Source: an uncultured Nitrososphaerales archaeon
Lineage (GTDB): Archaea; Thermoproteota; Nitrososphaeria; Nitrososphaerales; Nitrososphaeraceae
Assembly (NCBI GenBank): GCA_963709405.1
Contig: CAVPXM010000063.1
Span: forward strand, 128,001 to 192,000
Reading direction: 5' to 3'
DNA: 64,000 nt
Numbering within the stretch: position 1 is the first letter of the stretch; each line of letters begins with the position of its first letter. Below the pieces are notes generated by a model. It was not told the origin of the DNA. It made no database searches and saw nothing but the letters and a program-made list of their open reading frames with translations. This document shows positions 9,789 through 20,047 of the stretch, piece after piece. The position numbers and the translations under genes are program-made.

Positions 9789-10802
9789 TTGTCTCTAAAA
9801 CTTGGAACGGCCGACTTGGCGAAATACCCATTTCTTAACGAAGCTTCAAAATTTCTGGCTGAGAGTCATCTTGATGTAGACGAATTTACCAGACCAGAAA
9901 TGGAGTATATCATTGATAGAGCTGCGAAAAAAGTCGAGGTTGAAATGCAAGGAAAAATCGATAAGAACCTTGAAAGATATGAGGTGGAAGTTTTAACTTT
10001 TTTGGGGGCGCTTATTCTAGTTAAATTAATTAACATCGAACAAATCCTAAAAAGGCATTCCTTATTCGAAGCTATTCGAGCAGAAGGCTTTCTGATTCAA
10101 GACTTACGCAATGAAAGGAACGAACAAAAGAAGCGTTTGCTCTTGTTTAAGATTTTTAAGGAGTTGTTTGAAATTGAAGTCGACATCAACCCAGAAAATT
10201 CTCTATTATTCAGAATGAAAATAACAGACTACCTAACAAGGTCTTCACATTTTCACGAAGATGGATGGAAAATAATCAATAAGGCTCTACATGCCGGGTA
10301 TGTGTATTTGGACGCAGATGAGATTGTAAGACTAATAAGGAATGAACTTAGCAACTTCATATACGAAAAGATTAAAGCTATGTCCTTATCAAATGTTCCT
10401 GAACCTATCCTACGGAAAGCGAAGTCTTTGACACTAAAGTTCAGACCATTTTATGAGTATAGTCTGCCTAGAATTTCAGTTTTCCCACCTTGCATAAAAC
10501 ATGCGCTAGAGATAATGGCAAAAGGTGAGAATCTGCCACACACTGCAAGACTCATGCTAGGAACATACATGCTTTCTATCGGAAAGAGTATAGATGATAT
10601 CGTTACTCTCTTTCGTAACGCACCAGATTTTAACGAGAATATAACCAGATACCAGCTGGAGCACTTGGCTGGGCTGAAGGGCGGCCAGACTCGATATTAT
10701 GTTCCTTCTTGCAGTAAATTAAGTAGCGAAGATCTATGCTTTCGTACTTCAGAGTGCGGTGAAATAACAAATCCAGTGCAATTTATGTGCGGTACTAAAT
10801 AA
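9789..10802 (+). CDS. priL: DNA primase large subunit
   Basis: LAKYPFL, FPPCI, NLPHTAR, APDFNE.ITRYQLEH, PSC...C..C Fe-S domain. Confidence 0.95.
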   Translation: MSLKLGTADLAKYPFLNEASKFLAESHLDVDEFTRPEMEYIIDRAAKKVEVEMQGKIDKNLERYEVEVLTFLGALILVKLINIEQILKRHSLFEAIRAEGFLIQDLRNERNEQKKRLLLFKIFKELFEIEVDINPENSLLFRMKITDYLTRSSHFHEDGWKIINKALHAGYVYLDADEIVRLIRNELSNFIYEKIKAMSLSNVPEPILRKAKSLTLKFRPFYEYSLPRISVFPPCIKHALEIMAKGENLPHTARLMLGTYMLSIGKSIDDIVTLFRNAPDFNENITRYQLEHLAGLKGGQTRYYVPSCSKLSSEDLCFRTSECGEITNPVQFMCGTK

Positions 10803-10819
10803 TAGTAACCTAAAGTACT

Positions 10820-11970
10820 TTGAATAACATAAAGAACTTAACAAACGATGCTTTGTTTGTCCGGAGTGCATTTAGAGAATATTATTTTAATTATAGTGAA
10901 ATTGTTGAGATGCCGTCAAGGATAAAGGAAAGAGAATTTGGATGCATGAAGTTTCAAACAGGTATGATAAGACATTTATCATTCAACAATATAAAGGAAG
11001 TTTATGCTACTTTGATTAGAGACACCCCATCTGACTTCTATTGTTCGAATGCCTATTACAATTTCCCATCTCTTGCCATGCAAGACAAAGAATGGAAAGG
11101 TGCAGATCTTATTTTTGATATTGATGCAAAAGACTTAGTACTTCCATGTGAATCATCCCATCGGTATACCATCTGCGGCAACTGCGGCAAATTGCTGGAG
11201 ACGACACATGAACGATGTTCGATTTGCAAAACTTGTACTGTTCGAGTAGAATCCATTCCTTGTAGTAACTGTTTCGCCGGCCTCAGGAAAGAGGTAAATA
11301 AGCTTATTGATATCCTCACTGAGGAGATTGGAATTCCTTACGATAACATTGGCGTATATTTTTCTGGGAACAGTGGTTTTCATTTATACATTCATGATGT
11401 GTGTTTCCAACTTCTTGACTCGCGCGCCAGATCTGACTTAGCGGGTTATATCCTTGGTAATGGAATAAGACCAGATTTGATCGGAGTACGAAAGCTAGCA
11501 AGTGATAAATTTAGCATCAAATTCCCAAGGACAGGGTTTAGATACGGCTGGAGTATGAGACTAGCAAGAAAACTTCGAATCAACCATTCCTCGGCGTCGA
11601 AGCTGACAAACTTCATTCATGAGATCGGAGGATATGAAAGTTTTAGCCAGTATATTCTTAAATATGCAAAGGAAATCGGAATAAAAATAGATCCGCAGGT
11701 TACTATAGACGTACATCGAATATTCCGGCATGGTGGAACCTTGAATGGCAAGAGTGGTTTGTCCAAACTTCGATGTCTTGACGTAAATAAATTTGACCCA
11801 TTAAACGATGCATGTTTATTAGGTGAAAAGGAAGTGGAGGTATATGTGAAGCCTTCTAATCTAAAGTTGAAGCTTAAGCGACGTACATTCAGTATAGGTC
11901 CGGAAAAAGAGAAGCTGCCCACATTTCGGCCGTATATCTTATCTGCAAAGGATTGGCAACCACGATATGA
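10820..11970 (+). CDS. priS: DNA primase small subunit (1-bp frameshift near 11926, probably a sequencing error)
   Basis: REFG, DLIFDIDAKD, FSGNSGFH, IDPQVTIDVHRIFR; restoring one T at 11924-11926 gives a family-like end TFSAVYLICKGLATTI* (TGA 11968-11970). Confidence 0.93.
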
Positions 11971-12141
11971 TTTTCGAACAACCTGATTAGAATAAAAATC
12001 CAGTGCTAGACTCGATAATTTTTAGATGTGGACCAGAAGCATCAGGCGAGATTCGTTAGGTTTATTCAGAGATGACGTATTTCGTGAAATCGATCCGTAG
12101 GAATAAACAAGCTGGAATACCTCTGCGATACAAGACTCACC

Positions 12142-12747
12142 CTAGATGGAAAAGGGTTTTCGCGAATTACTTTTTCCGAACTCTAGTGTGACCATACGAA
12201 TCCTGTGTGGATCAGCCCTAAACTTATCAAGGAAAATACTGGTGTAATCCAGTGGCGAGCCGTCTTTCCTGTCGAGTAATTTGAACCCTAGATCCAAAAA
12301 TGCCTTAATAAGCCAGTTGACATGTGTTGAGTAACTCTCATCTGACACTGGTTCTAGCAAATCATCAATGATTTCAGTTACAATCTTAAGGATCCCACTG
12401 TCCTTCAGTTTCGAACGAATTACCTTGTAAAATGATCCCCACTTTTGCTGATAAATTGGATCAATGTATTCAGGATCCGGTAGTACCATGACAATTAGAT
12501 CTATGGATTGGTCATTGAAACGTATCAAAGTGTTCTCAAACAATTCATTTATTATCGTAACGTTTTGTAGTTTCACACGCATTCGGGCTTGGTCAGCTAA
12601 ATTCTTATCTTTCTCGATCCCCACATAGGCCACCGATTGAGATCCCATCTGGTCTTCGGCCAATTTTTGCAAGACGCCTCCGTCCCCCATACCCAACTCC
12701 ACAATAACCTTCTCGCTGCGTAGAATTTTCTTTAAGTCATCTATCAT
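12142..12747 (-). CDS. Class I SAM-dependent methyltransferase (TrmB-like motifs)
   Basis: VELGMGDG, YVGIE, MVLPDP, LKDSGILKIVTE. Confidence 0.75.
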   Translation of the reverse strand: MIDDLKKILRSEKVIVELGMGDGGVLQKLAEDQMGSQSVAYVGIEKDKNLADQARMRVKLQNVTIINELFENTLIRFNDQSIDLIVMVLPDPEYIDPIYQQKWGSFYKVIRSKLKDSGILKIVTEIIDDLLEPVSDESYSTHVNWLIKAFLDLGFKLLDRKDGSPLDYTSIFLDKFRADPHRIRMVTLEFGKSNSRKPFSI

Positions 12748-12783
12748 GACTTGATATAGGAAATTTTAGTCCTATCTTCAAAA

Positions 12784-13389
12784 TCAAGGTTTGAGCAATT
12801 CTGACTCCAAAAGTTGTTGGATCAGCTGTACCACCTCTTGTTCAACTTGCTCTCTTGGCATACCTAATTTCGACGCGAATTGATCAGTGAGTTGATTGAC
12901 AGTTTTTGTTCCATCACATGAACTCCAGAACTCGACAATCGCTTGATTTACCATAAATCCTTGATTCTTGTCATTTAACAAGATTAATGATCCATCCTGC
13001 TCGGCGGTAGAATTTCCTGTTTTGGCAGGTTTGTAAGTTTCGTAATCGACTTGAAATCGGAGTTTTGGCTTGCCAAAGCCCATTTTTTCACGAACACTTG
13101 GATCCATTTTGTTTATATCCCATGGAGGATCCCACACTATTTCTACATCAACATTTTGAACTCCAGTAACTCTCCCTACGTACCTCTTTACGTCACCAAC
13201 CAATGTATCGTGCAAAGGACATCCTCTAGTCGTCATCGTCATTTTGATATCTACCGTATTTTCGGGCTTAACTTTAACATCATAAATAAGACCAAGGTCA
13301 ACCACATTTACAGGAATTTCTGGATCCATACATTTCCTTAATGCTGCATAAACTTGATCCTCCGAAACGGTCTGAGACGACATATCCAA
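12784..13389 (-). CDS. SufT/MIP18 (DUF59) Fe-S assembly domain fused to a PqqD-like domain
   Basis: DPEIPVNVVDLGLIY, TTRGCP, VWDPPW; C-terminal VNQAIVEFWSSCDGTKTVNQL...VVQLIQQLLESELL is PqqD-like. Confidence 0.88.
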   Translation of the reverse strand: MDMSSQTVSEDQVYAALRKCMDPEIPVNVVDLGLIYDVKVKPENTVDIKMTMTTRGCPLHDTLVGDVKRYVGRVTGVQNVDVEIVWDPPWDINKMDPSVREKMGFGKPKLRFQVDYETYKPAKTGNSTAEQDGSLILLNDKNQGFMVNQAIVEFWSSCDGTKTVNQLTDQFASKLGMPREQVEQEVVQLIQQLLESELLKP

Positions 13390-14012
13390 ATTACCTCATC
13401 AACCAGATGATAAATACTTATTGCTATCCCAATATTACATTGAATATTAGTTGACGTTTGCCTGAACAGTTCCATCGAATGATGGACATCATTTAGTATC
13501 GTTTACAGAGGCATAAGCTGCTTTAAATGATAGGATTTAGGTGGGTATTTAATAGTTCAGATTAGTTCGTAGAGGCCTGGATTAAATGCAAAATTGATAA
13601 TGAGTCTTTTGAATCGGTTTTAAGTAATAACATTGTCTACACACCCGAATTAGGTACTATCCAATTTGCTTTTCTTTCTCCAGATATACAAATCATTTGG
13701 AACGATCCAACAAGCATCTCATCGCCAAATAATCATTGCATCATTGCATCAATGAACTCCTGATCAATACCGAATCCAAAAATCTAAATCCTTTATAATT
13801 GATCTCTGGCAATTACAGACCGGCTTTTGTATCGTGCAACCCGATTTATACCTACAGTCAGTCAGTGTTGTTAGTAATTAAAGTTGAAATTCTAAAATCA
13901 TCATTATATAATGAAATGAATTTGATGAAATCCTAAGCAAATAAAGGGATTCTAAAAGGTCAGGATGTTTGAACTTTGAAATTTCTGTAGATGATTATTT
14001 TTCTATCATTTC

Positions 14013-15104
14013 TCATGTGGTTATTGAAAGTTTGAAGAGGTCTTGTATAGATTCATTCAAGGGCTGCTGTAGCAGTCCTTTTTCAGTTATAATGTTAGTA
14101 ATTAAATTGGGAGGAGTAATATCGAATGCTGGATTAAATATGTGTACCCCTCTTGGGACTATTCTTTTGCCTGCCATTTTCGTTACCTCTTTTGAGTCGC
14201 GCTCTTCTATTACCACGTCCTCAATTCGACTTTTGAGATCAAATGATGATAGGGGAGCTGCCACGTAAAAGGGAATTTTATGCGCCTTTGCGAGAGTTGC
14301 AATCTGGTATGTGCCAACTTTGTTGTATACATGCCCGGTTCGTAAAATTCTATCTGCGCCTACTATAACACGTTTTACAATACCTCTCGCCATCAAAAGT
14401 CCTACGCCTGTGTCTGGGACCAAACTTACATCTATACCATCATGTTTAAGTTCAAACGCTGTCAAACGTGAGCCTTGTAGGACAGGTCTAGTCTCTGTAG
14501 CAATTACACTTATACTCTTCCCAGACTCTTTGACCGCGCGGATGACACCTAGGGCAGTACCATATCCTACAGTCGCCAATGACCCTGCGTTGCAATGTGT
14601 CATGACTATCTCGCCATTCCTAAATAACCCCGATCCTATTTTCCCAATCTTCCTGTTTATCTCAATATCCTCTGCCGCCATTTTAATAACTTCTCTAACG
14701 ACACAATTTTGGATCTCCTTAACTCGTCGCCCTTTTTTTGCTAGTTTCATTATTCTCTCTAACGCCCATAATAAGTTAATAGCAGTTGGACGAGTCGATC
14801 GCAAGACCTCAAATGCAAGCTGTAGATCTGAAATAAGATCAACTTTATTTGTCGCCTTGCTCTTGATGCATGCAAGTGCAAGTCCCATAGCTCCAGCAAC
14901 TCCGATAGCAGGAGCACCCCTTATCATCAAGCTTTTTATCGCTTTAGCAACTTCAGTATAGTCTTGAAATTTTCTATATGTTAATTTATTGGGTAGTTTG
15001 GTTTGGTCGATCATAATGACAGAATCTTCCTTCCACGTTAGCGTTACTAGACTGTTATAGCTTTGTTTAGTATGTGATTTCATTAATAATTTTGTTCCCT
15101 CCAA
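14013..15104 (-). CDS. mtnA: Methylthioribose-1-phosphate isomerase
   Basis: IDQTKLP, IRGAPAIG, RPTAINL, THCNAGSLAT, ETRP.LQG.RLTA, NPAFDITP. Confidence 0.93.
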   Translation of the reverse strand: MEGTKLLMKSHTKQSYNSLVTLTWKEDSVIMIDQTKLPNKLTYRKFQDYTEVAKAIKSLMIRGAPAIGVAGAMGLALACIKSKATNKVDLISDLQLAFEVLRSTRPTAINLLWALERIMKLAKKGRRVKEIQNCVVREVIKMAAEDIEINRKIGKIGSGLFRNGEIVMTHCNAGSLATVGYGTALGVIRAVKESGKSISVIATETRPVLQGSRLTAFELKHDGIDVSLVPDTGVGLLMARGIVKRVIVGADRILRTGHVYNKVGTYQIATLAKAHKIPFYVAAPLSSFDLKSRIEDVVIEERDSKEVTKMAGKRIVPRGVHIFNPAFDITPPNLITNIITEKGLLQQPLNESIQDLFKLSITT

Positions 15105-15195
15105 GAGATATATTAAATTTGGGTACCATTAGAATTCAGTTTTATCTTGTGTCACTTATTTAATATATAAAAAATGATGAAACTAATGCATAGTG

Positions 15196-16623
15196 TTATT
15201 GTCTAAGGCTGTGTGACGATCCAGTTCCTATTGACTCATATACGATCTGCTCATTAGTAATGAAGGCATCGTTTAATATTCGTCTTCCATCGTAGACTAC
15301 TGCATCTCCCATTATCTCTGGATTTAGCATTCGATATTCACTGTGATTGGCAACTACTATTACCAAATCAGCACCTGCAAGTGCCTTCTTGATATCTGAA
15401 TAAAGAACTATTTTCTCTTCACTTTCCAATATAGGATCCCGTATAACAAATGGATCATGAATTCTTATTTCTAGAATGCTATACTTCTTTAATTCATTTA
15501 TGACAGAATATGTTGGAGAGAGCCTTGTATCAGAGACGTCACCACGAAATGCGAGACCAAGGAGCGTTATGACTGCACCTGCAGGTGTCTTCTTGTGTTT
15601 TCCCTCTCTCTTTAGAAGAGAAATTGCTCGCTTCACGGCGTAGCTAGGCATCGAATCATTAATGGATCTAGACAAGCGGATTAGATTTCCTTCTGCTTTA
15701 ACCTTCTCTGCAGCTTGCAGAACAAACTGCGGATAAATGGGAATGCAAGCACCTCCTACACCTATCCCCGGATCGTGTAGCTGACAAAAGCGTTGCGAAT
15801 TAGCTGCAGCCTTTACCTCCCAAAAATCTACCCCTAAGCTATCACAAATTTTAGCTAGTTCGTTGGCTATAGCAATGTTCGCATCTCGATAAACGCCTTC
15901 GAACAGCTTCTCAGCTTCAGCAGCCCGGATGTTAGTCATGGCCTTAACACCTTTATTAAAAATAATAGAATAGAGCTTAATTCCGATTTCTAAGCTCAAG
16001 TTGCCAACTCCTGCAACGATAGCTGGATAATTTTTCTCTATATCTTCAATGGCCCTTCCCACATAGATTCTTTCTGGATTGTATATAACGTAGAAGTCCC
16101 GTTCGGCTCTTAACGAATTACCATTCTTCTGTTCTAGGATCGGTATCAAAAGTTCCTCCGTAGTTCCTGGCGGAACACTTGGATTTAATGCAACAATGTC
16201 GCCCTTATTCAAATGTGGTGCTATTGTTCCAGCAACTTCCTTTACGGAGGTCAAGTCGGCTTTGCCATCTTTCGCCAGAACTGGTACGCAAATTATTTTA
16301 AAGGCACAATGGTCTGGTACCTGTGACTCATTCTCGAAAACTTTGAATCTATTTTCTCTAATACCTTTGCTAAATGCTTCATTCACCCCAGGTTCTGGAA
16401 TATGAGTTGTACCCTTCGTGGCATTTTTTATTACCTTTTGTGATTTGTCTAGGCCTATAACATGTGCACCGGCTCTAAGCCAAACAGATGCAATACTAGA
16501 TCCCACATGACCCAATCCATATACTGCTATCTTAAGCTCTCCAGCCTTCATTCTACTGTGAATTTCAGCCGGAGTGGCAGAAAAGTAAAAAGAGGAGATA
16601 TCTTGAAGATTAACTTCGGTCAT
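15196..16623 (-). CDS. UDP-glucose/GDP-mannose/UDP-ManNAc dehydrogenase family protein (full length)
   Basis: GLGHVG, ICVP, NPER, AE..KLFE..YR, PGIGVGGACIP, LGLAFR...SDTR.SP, HDP. Confidence 0.92.
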   Translation of the reverse strand: MTEVNLQDISSFYFSATPAEIHSRMKAGELKIAVYGLGHVGSSIASVWLRAGAHVIGLDKSQKVIKNATKGTTHIPEPGVNEAFSKGIRENRFKVFENESQVPDHCAFKIICVPVLAKDGKADLTSVKEVAGTIAPHLNKGDIVALNPSVPPGTTEELLIPILEQKNGNSLRAERDFYVIYNPERIYVGRAIEDIEKNYPAIVAGVGNLSLEIGIKLYSIIFNKGVKAMTNIRAAEAEKLFEGVYRDANIAIANELAKICDSLGVDFWEVKAAANSQRFCQLHDPGIGVGGACIPIYPQFVLQAAEKVKAEGNLIRLSRSINDSMPSYAVKRAISLLKREGKHKKTPAGAVITLLGLAFRGDVSDTRLSPTYSVINELKKYSILEIRIHDPFVIRDPILESEEKIVLYSDIKKALAGADLVIVVANHSEYRMLNPEIMGDAVVYDGRRILNDAFITNEQIVYESIGTGSSHSLRQ

Positions 16624-16851
16624 TCGAATCTTTACCGCCTTATTCTTATAATAAGATTGTTTTAATTCTAGTCGAAATAATTAGATGCTACTCCGAGTCA
16701 TTATACCCTAGTTCAATAACAGCAATTGTTATTGAATCATGAAAGATTTTTTAATTTTTACCTTTTGTTCGCCTACATTTATTCGTCTTCTGTCAGCTAC
16801 CTACTGCATTCTACATACTTCTGGAATGATTTCTATAAAAAAAATTACACT

Positions 16852-16881
16852 AAATCTTAACACGCACCAAATCTTAACACG
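16852..16881. repeat. Direct repeat AAATCTTAACACG x2 (17-bp period)
   Basis: Exact copies at 16852-16864 and 16869-16881, between two divergent sugar-dehydrogenase genes. Confidence 0.7.
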
Positions 16882-17376
16882 TTCCAATAATAGATGCTTA
16901 GTTCAATTCGATACTCCGAAATGAGTTTTTTTAAGCTAATTGCAGTACTTTCAAAATCGTCCTTCAGCGGGGACCTTTTAGTTCTAAATCGTAGTACGCC
17001 TGTCGGAAATTTACGTTACGTGCCAGGGACGAGTTTTAGTGTCGACAGATAGCGATATCGATGAAGGTATCTCATCCCCCGAAATTACTATATCGCCTGT
17101 CTCCATGAAGACGTGATTGCTTTAATCGTTATACCTGGATTAGGTCAGTTTAGACGAGCCAAACACTATCTGCAAGGCACTAACTGTATGTTTTCCAACT
17201 GCGTATATATACACCCAGGGTTTTTGATCGCCTATATCCTGCAACTAAAGTGCTATTTTCATGCCTGTCAGAATCACTTCGGCAGCATTTCTAAAACCCG
17301 TCTTGATCCATATTATTTACTATAATATAGTTTTGTTTTGCTTTTATTCATCCGCCTACTTAGAATTATATTATAG

Positions 17377-18749
17377 ATGAAGAAGAGAACTGAGAATGAA
17401 ATAAGGGTACAAATATTAACTGCAGCTATTTCTGGTGCTACAAAAACTGAAATTATGTTCAAGGCGTTCCTTACCCACAATCAATTTTATAATTATCTTG
17501 CCTTCCTGATGAAATCCGATATGATTAGGTATCAAAAGGTCCAAGGTGTTTATAAAACCTCGGAAATTGGTCTAGGCTATCTTGGTACTCAACTCAAATT
17601 GACTGATAATTGCGGCAGTTACTCGTCCAGTAAGAGTTTGCTCGACAAAGTTCTTGTGATAGGTTTGGGTCAACTCGGTTTACCCGTAGCAAAATATGTC
17701 AAGGAACAAGGAGGATTTGATACGTATGGCTATGATATAAGTACAAAAGCAATAGATCGTGCACAGAAATTAGCTGGAATAAAAAAGATTGGTGGTAATG
17801 ACGGTAGTGATGGTGGTAGTAGTAGTAGCAGTAGTACTAGCAGCAGTAATAACAATAACGCTATCGATTTTAGTGAATTCGATGTCTTTATCATATGCGT
17901 TTCTACTCACAAACCAGATGACATGTTTTCTCCACAAATAGATGGTCTATTATCTATAGTTGAAAAGATTTCAAAAGAAGCAAAGAATGGAGCACTAGTA
18001 TCAATAGAAAGTACTATTCCAAAAGGTACATCAAAGAAGGTATTTGAAATGCTTAATCATAGACTACATGTAGCTCATGCTCCACATCGCTGGTATGCAT
18101 TAGAACAAGAAGAGCATGGTGTCAATCAGTTGCGAGTATTGGGTGGAGTTTGTGAGTGCTGTCTAAATGTAGCCATGCAATTTTATGATGGTAGAGTACT
18201 AGGAGGACGAGAGGAGGAGGAGAAGGGGAAGGCCGAACAGAAGCAGGAGTACCAGTAGCAGTAGCACTAGGATCAGGACAGAAATATAACGAAAATACGA
18301 ATAACAATAATATCAAAGATCATGATACAGTGAATACTCCCAAGAGCTTGGGGATTCGTATGCATCCAGTACCTCAAGTAGAAATTGCTGAAATTACAAA
18401 GATTGCTGAAAATGCACACAGATATCTACAAATAGCATTTGCCGAAGATCTTTATCTTTACTGTCAAGCAAACAACATAAATTTTGCAGAATTACGTGAT
18501 GCTTTAAACACAAAATGGAATGTGGATATACTTGAGCCAAGGGATGGAATAGGCGGCCATTGTCTACCAAAAGATACTAAGATGTTCTTGCAATCTTCCA
18601 AGTCAATAAGAAGTAAGATGTTGGCAGCAGCGATGGAAGTAGATGAGGATTACAAAAGGTATAGACAGCAAAGAAGTACGATTGTGCAACCGAATCAACC
18701 ATTATCAGCAAGAAGGCCATTTAATGACAATCGCACTGTGGAGTACTAA
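17377..18749 (+). CDS. Winged-helix domain fused to a nucleotide-sugar dehydrogenase lacking the C-terminal domain (1-bp frameshift near 18211)
   Basis: KRTENEIRVQIL...GATKTEIMFKAFL...YKTSEIG wHTH; VIGLGQLG, ICVST, SIESTIP; the second ORF (AEITKIAEN, GIGGHCLPKD) is in a frame open back through 18201. Confidence 0.8.
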
Positions 18750-18917
18750 GTCACGTATTCTTTAGGCTAAGGATGCGTTGATCGGATACGAATTTAATCA
18801 TTTCATCCATTGAAGAACAGTAGTTCGCGTATGCTGATTTGAGTTGTAGCATCTACATGAGCGATTATTGAAAAAGTACTTATTGCTAGATCGAAATTGA
18901 TATGTAGTAGGTTTACT

Positions 18918-19304
18918 ATGGCATCTGATTCGATTCATGAAATATTTGTTTCGCATAGTAGAAAACTTGTTGTATCAAGCAATGAGATTGATCTTTCTAA
19001 AAGATACCCAATAGATATTTTCTTCTTGCTAGTACAGGAGTCTAGGGGATCAGCTGGAGGAAGGGGGGGCGGATCTGGTACAAGAAGGATCGAAAGGGTC
19101 TTGGGATATACATGTGAAACAGGAGAATGCAGAATTATTTATGATACGTCAGACGAATCTGAGATCGAGAAATTTGAAATTCCATATAGTGCCGTGGCAA
19201 TGGATATAAGCCTTGAAGATGGGAGCGAAATAGTGGTCCAGGGGATTGTTGACCCTGCCCTTATCAAAAACTACAAGGATTTGATATCCGGGTTATCTCG
19301 CTAA
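18918..19304 (+). CDS. Hypothetical protein
   Basis: ORF 18897..19304; the in-frame ATG at 18918 is the likelier start; Gly-rich linker. Confidence 0.65.
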   Translation: MASDSIHEIFVSHSRKLVVSSNEIDLSKRYPIDIFFLLVQESRGSAGGRGGGSGTRRIERVLGYTCETGECRIIYDTSDESEIEKFEIPYSAVAMDISLEDGSEIVVQGIVDPALIKNYKDLISGLSR

Positions 19305-19454
19305 GCATAAAAATTTCTGTCTTGACATGAAATGCCGAATAATTACTATTTGACTAACTACATATGTTGAGACCACGATATTACTCTGCAATTTAGCATT
19401 TTTGAATTCTGAAAAATTGTTCGTATTATTATTAGTCCCTCTTTATGCAAAGGA

Positions 19455-19799
19455 CTATAATGCCTTATCCTGAGTTTCCCTGGTACCAATGTCAAATGCG
19501 TCAAGGACGTCATATACAAAAATCTTACCGTCTGAAGCAGAACCTGTGCTCAAGCCATCTAGGATATCCTGAACAATGGGCTTCAATTTATCGTCCGAAA
19601 CCAAAACCTCGATCTTCGTTCTGGATCCGAATTCAGGGACATAACGCATAACCCCTCGCCCAACCGCTATTGGCTCACGCTTTGCACGACCTCTTCCCTT
19701 TATATCATAAAACGTTAGGCCACCGACTTTATGATTGTGAAGGATTTCGTTAACTTCACGCAATCGCTCATGTGGTACAATAATTTCTATGCGCTTCAT
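19455..19799 (-). CDS. glnB: P-II family nitrogen regulatory protein
   Basis: MKRIEII, GGLT...KGRG, T-loop Tyr (RYVPEF), KIEVLV, DGKIFV. Confidence 0.92.
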   Translation of the reverse strand: MKRIEIIVPHERLREVNEILHNHKVGGLTFYDIKGRGRAKREPIAVGRGVMRYVPEFGSRTKIEVLVSDDKLKPIVQDILDGLSTGSASDGKIFVYDVLDAFDIGTRETQDKAL

Positions 19800-20047
19800 A
19801 ATTCCTTGCTACAACACACCAGTGAATACAGATAATCGATTAAGGAATATGAATTTTTGGAGGGTAATATGCAATAGTTTAGGTGGGAAAAAATAAATAG
19901 GAAAATTGAGGTTAGGACACAAGAACTATCAGCAACTTGCTCATAATCCCAATAGTTTATTCAGTCGACAGTATATTCGCTGGTGAGTTAGAGGTTTTCA
20001 GCCAAGAACAAGATATTCTTATTAGTTGATTATACGTTCATCAGGTA

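Noticed and set aside
13390-14010. Possible RiPP precursor or ncRNA upstream of the PqqD fusion
   Set aside because: Only a start-less open frame of about 65 codons and a short ATCATTGC tandem; nothing supportable
14311-14961. 216-aa plus-strand ORF and many similar antisense ORFs (e.g. 4324-4677, 27471-27866, 29388-29768, 35404-35754)
   Set aside because: Antisense shadows of well-supported genes, with no motifs
16739-17325. Short ORFs 16739..16924 and 17113..17325
   Set aside because: No motifs and atypical composition; probably non-coding
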